The notes beneath the pieces are model-generated. The model worked only from the letters and a program-made list of their open reading frames with translations, searched no databases and was not told the origin of the DNA. From positions 1 through 40,097 of the forward strand of contig JBHHXT010000027.1 of assembly GCA_046757165.1 (NCBI GenBank): DNA of 40,097 bases, given 5' to 3'. The DNA is from a bacterium. GTDB taxonomy: Bacteria > Zhuqueibacterota > Zhuqueibacteria > Oceanimicrobiales > Oceanimicrobiaceae. Position numbers and translations under genes: made by a program. Positions 37,286 through 40,097 of this stretch are shown here, in pieces; positions within the stretch are counted from its first letter, which is position 1; each line of letters opens with the position of its first letter.

Positions 37286-37669
37286 TTGCCATTTCGATAC
37301 GCCGTCGGTGCAACGGCAAGCCGGTTCTTTGCGGCATTACGCGATGAGAAACGCATCTACGGCACACAGTGCAAGCGCTGCCAAAAGGTCTGGGTCCCGG
37401 CCCGCTCCTTTTGCTCCAATTGTAAGATAAGAATGGACAAATGGATCGCTTTGCCGGCCAGCGGCACGTTAGAGGGGTGGACAGGAGCGCCGGCCACGGC
37501 GGCCGTGCTCACTGCACTCATCCGTCTGGAAGGCGCGGATTCTCTGCTTGTCCATCGTCTGGGAGAATATGAACAACACCACCTGAAAGAAGGCCAGCCT
37601 GTCATGGCAATTTGGCGCGAACAGCGGCATGGCGCTATGCTGGATATTGTCTATTTTAAACCGAGGTAG
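37286..37669 (+). CDS. Second DUF35 Zn-ribbon/OB-fold protein (start uncertain)
   Basis: RFF..LRD...I.G..CKRC..V.VP.R.FC..C, LIRLEGADS..VH and R.G...DI.YF.P. The frame is open back to 37217. Confidence 0.85.
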   Translation: MPFRYAVGATASRFFAALRDEKRIYGTQCKRCQKVWVPARSFCSNCKIRMDKWIALPASGTLEGWTGAPATAAVLTALIRLEGADSLLVHRLGEYEQHHLKEGQPVMAIWREQRHGAMLDIVYFKPR

Positions 37670-37719
37670 AGCTTAGTCAATAAATCTTGTTGAAAATTCA
37701 GAACAAAGGACAGAAAGTC

Positions 37720-38388
37720 ATGACTTCCAGGAAAGTGGAGGAGTTTAGAACAAAATTTCGCGCGCAGCACATCCCTTCGCACTATTCCGGACGGTTGCAT
37801 CTGAGCTTTCTCGTTCTGGCTCCCTTACTGCTCGTCACGTTGGCGCTCACCCGTTTGGACCACGTCAGAGCCTGGGAGTGGTTGACCATCCCCTTGACCT
37901 TTCTGTACGCCAACCTCGTAGAGTATCTGGCACACAAAGGTCCGATGCATCACAAGACCCGTCTTCTGAGGTTGATCTATCAGCGCCACACCGTCGAGCA
38001 TCACCAGTTTTTCACCGAAACGGATACGACTTGTGACAACACGAGCGACTACAAGGCCATCCTTTTCCCGCCGATCATGCTGCTGTTTTTTTTCGGCGGC
38101 TTTGCTGTGCCGATGGGGTTGCTGCTGTACGCACTGGTGTCAGCCAACGTGGCCTGTCTGTTCGTGGCAACCAGTCTGGTGTATTATGTGAATTACGATA
38201 TCCTGCATCTTTGTTATCACCTCAGCAAGGATTCCTGGGTCGGACGGCTGCCCTTTATGGCCACTTTGCGGCATCATCACACCATTCACCACAATCAAAA
38301 ATTGATGAACAACTACAACTTCAATATCACTTATCCCATATTTGACTATGTATTTGGGACTGCTTTTAAGAAGGATAGCGGGAAATGA
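37720..38388 (+). CDS. Fatty acid hydroxylase/sterol desaturase family membrane di-metal enzyme
   Basis: His boxes EY..HK..MH, H...HH, YD..H..YH and HH..HH, plus NFNIT....D..FGT. Confidence 0.9.
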   Translation: MTSRKVEEFRTKFRAQHIPSHYSGRLHLSFLVLAPLLLVTLALTRLDHVRAWEWLTIPLTFLYANLVEYLAHKGPMHHKTRLLRLIYQRHTVEHHQFFTETDTTCDNTSDYKAILFPPIMLLFFFGGFAVPMGLLLYALVSANVACLFVATSLVYYVNYDILHLCYHLSKDSWVGRLPFMATLRHHHTIHHNQKLMNNYNFNITYPIFDYVFGTAFKKDSGK

Positions 38389-39176
38389 GTATCTTACGGG
38401 AACAACGCGGTCGCATCACGGTCCTGACCATCGACCGCCCCGAGGTCAAGAACGCTCTGGATATCGAAACCAGCCGCGAGCTGGCGCACCATTTCCGGGA
38501 ATTTCGTGATGATCCCGAGAGCTGGGTAGCTGTCCTGACTGGGTCGGGCAACGACGCTTTCTGCGCCGGCGCGGATTTGAAAAGAATTGGCGACTACTAC
38601 GAAAGCGTCCTGCCTGTCGAGCGCCGCCACCGCGGTGAAATCGAGCCGGGCATCGGTGGCATTACCCGCAACCTGCCGATCTGGAAGCCGATCATCGCTG
38701 CGATTAATGGTCACTGCCTGGCCGGCGGATTGGAGATCGCCTTAGCCTGTGATATCCGCATTGCGGAACCCCACGCCACTTTCGGTTTGACGGAGGTGAA
38801 ATGGGGTATCATTCCGGGCGCCGGCGGCACCCAGCGGTTGCCGCGACTCATCGGCATACCCAAGGCGCTGGACCTGATCTTGACCGGTCGTCGTATCTCC
38901 GCTGAAGAAGCGTTGCAAGCGGGGTTGATTTCCCGTCTGACACCAAAGGGGCAAGTACTCCCGACCGCGATCGAGGTTGCCGAAACCATCTGCGAAAACG
39001 CACCGCTGGCGGTGCGTGCCGCGAAAGAAGCCGTCATTCGAGGCATGGACTTGAATCTGGATGAGGGCCTGCGGCTGGAGCAGTTTCTCGCCGAGCCCCT
39101 GCGCCGGACTGAGGACGCCAGGGAAGGCCCGAAGGCTTTTGCCGAGAAACGCAAGCCAGACTTCAAAGGGTGTTAA
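38385..39176 (+). CDS. Enoyl-CoA hydratase/isomerase (crotonase) with both catalytic Glu
   Basis: FCAGADL, KP.IAAING..LAGGLE.ALACD, FGL.EV..G..PG.GGTQRL.R and AF.EKR.P.F. Confidence 0.95.
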   Translation: MSILREQRGRITVLTIDRPEVKNALDIETSRELAHHFREFRDDPESWVAVLTGSGNDAFCAGADLKRIGDYYESVLPVERRHRGEIEPGIGGITRNLPIWKPIIAAINGHCLAGGLEIALACDIRIAEPHATFGLTEVKWGIIPGAGGTQRLPRLIGIPKALDLILTGRRISAEEALQAGLISRLTPKGQVLPTAIEVAETICENAPLAVRAAKEAVIRGMDLNLDEGLRLEQFLAEPLRRTEDAREGPKAFAEKRKPDFKGC

Positions 39177-39200
39177 AGGGTCATGATCTTTGAAGATGCC

Positions 39201-39255
39201 TCCAACAGATAGAAGAACCAAACTGTCAATCCGTCGGGTTCTTTTATCCGCTGGA
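39201..39255. repeat. Intergenic hairpin repeat of the lipid operon
   Basis: TCCAACAGATAGAAGAACC / GGTTCTTTTATCCGCTGGA, 16/19 complementary. Confidence 0.7.
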
Positions 39256-39281
39256 AAATCCTTTTGTGAGGCCTGTGAATC

Positions 39282-40061
39282 ATGAAATTACAAACCATCC
39301 TCTATGAAAGAACCGGCCATCGCGCCGTCCTGGCCCTGAATCGTCCGCAGGTCTTGAATGCCATCAATGGCCGCGTTCTGGACGAGCTCGAGTTCGTTCT
39401 CGAGCAGTGCGCAAACGACAGCGAGGTTCGCATCATTGCCCTGAAGGCGGCGGGCAAAAAATCTTTTTGCAGCGGCATTGACGTGGAATATGTCAAGGAA
39501 TTGTCCGCGCTGGAATCCCGCAATGTGGGGAAACGGCTGCATGAGGTGTTTTATCTATGCCGCACGCTGCCGAAGGTTATTCTGGTCGTGGTGGATGGAT
39601 TATGCCTGGGCGCCGGTCTGGAGCTTGCGGTTTCCTGTGACTTGATCCTTGCCAGCAACCGCTCTCAGTTCGGTTTGCCCAATATCAATGTCGGGATTCC
39701 CGCCATTGTGGAAGCTGCTGTGCTGCCGCAAGCAATCGGCATCATGAACACTCGCGAGCTGTGCTACACGGGCTGGAACTGGCCTGCGGAAAAAGCGCTG
39801 GCTCGCGGCCTCGTCAACGCCGTCTGCGCACCGGATGAACTGGACGATTTAGCGGAGAAGTGGCTCAAACGTCTGGAAACCCGCAGTCCCATGGCCTTGA
39901 TGACGCAGAAAGAGATCGTCCACATGTGGATGACCACAGACCTTGAAGCAGGCATCGATTTTTCCATCAACACCGTGGCCCTGAACTGGATGACCAGAGA
40001 TCAGAAGGAAGGCATGGGGGCTTTTCTGGAAAAACGCCGGGCTGATTTCAAGGGAGAGTAG
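39282..40061 (+). CDS. Crotonase-superfamily protein with an atypical active site
   Basis: LNRP..LNA, FCSGID, GAGLELAVSCD, FGLPNINVG (Asn in place of the second Glu) and AFLEKR...F. Confidence 0.9.
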   Translation: MKLQTILYERTGHRAVLALNRPQVLNAINGRVLDELEFVLEQCANDSEVRIIALKAAGKKSFCSGIDVEYVKELSALESRNVGKRLHEVFYLCRTLPKVILVVVDGLCLGAGLELAVSCDLILASNRSQFGLPNINVGIPAIVEAAVLPQAIGIMNTRELCYTGWNWPAEKALARGLVNAVCAPDELDDLAEKWLKRLETRSPMALMTQKEIVHMWMTTDLEAGIDFSINTVALNWMTRDQKEGMGAFLEKRRADFKGE

Positions 40062-40097
40062 GAAGCGGAGCGCAAAACTTCAGTTTTGCAAGTAGAG

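Noticed and set aside
34288..37669. PhlABC-type acyltransferase or archaeal thiolase/HMG-CoA synthase complex
   Set aside because: No HMG-CoA synthase/PhlA-like gene is present, and neither thiolase-fold protein has the nucleophilic Cys motif.

Overview
Bacterial chromosomal window, GC-rich by eye. The NYPNPFN/FlgD-type C-terminal domain, the TonB receptor and the atp gene layout suggest an FCB-related lineage such as KSB1 or Calditrichota; this is inference only. Left to right: (1) an orphan duplicate of a secretion C-terminal domain and a decayed DUF433/PIN-like toxin-antitoxin pair; (2) a secreted Asp-box (BNR) beta-propeller protein; (3) an ECF sigma/anti-sigma/YbjQ operon and a PLP aminotransferase; (4) an uncharacterised lipoprotein with a sigma54-type promoter; (5) M23 peptidase and bactofilin joined to a complete H+-type F1Fo operon; (6) a minus-strand run of amrS, M28 peptidase, an apparently inactive M14 peptidase, membrane patatin and an HpcD-like isomerase; (7) an ArsR/SmtB-CadA-ZIP metal operon with an orphan DNA methyltransferase inside it; (8) a candidate ~85-nt sRNA; (9) a MarR-TonB receptor-Ltp4/Ltp3-like aldolase-2x DUF35-fatty acid hydroxylase-2x crotonase cluster that resembles a sterol or branched-lipid uptake and side-chain cleavage system. 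Several distinct REP/MITE-like palindrome families occupy the intergenic regions. No rRNA, tRNA, CRISPR array or transposase was seen. Family assignments come from recalled motifs, not database searches.
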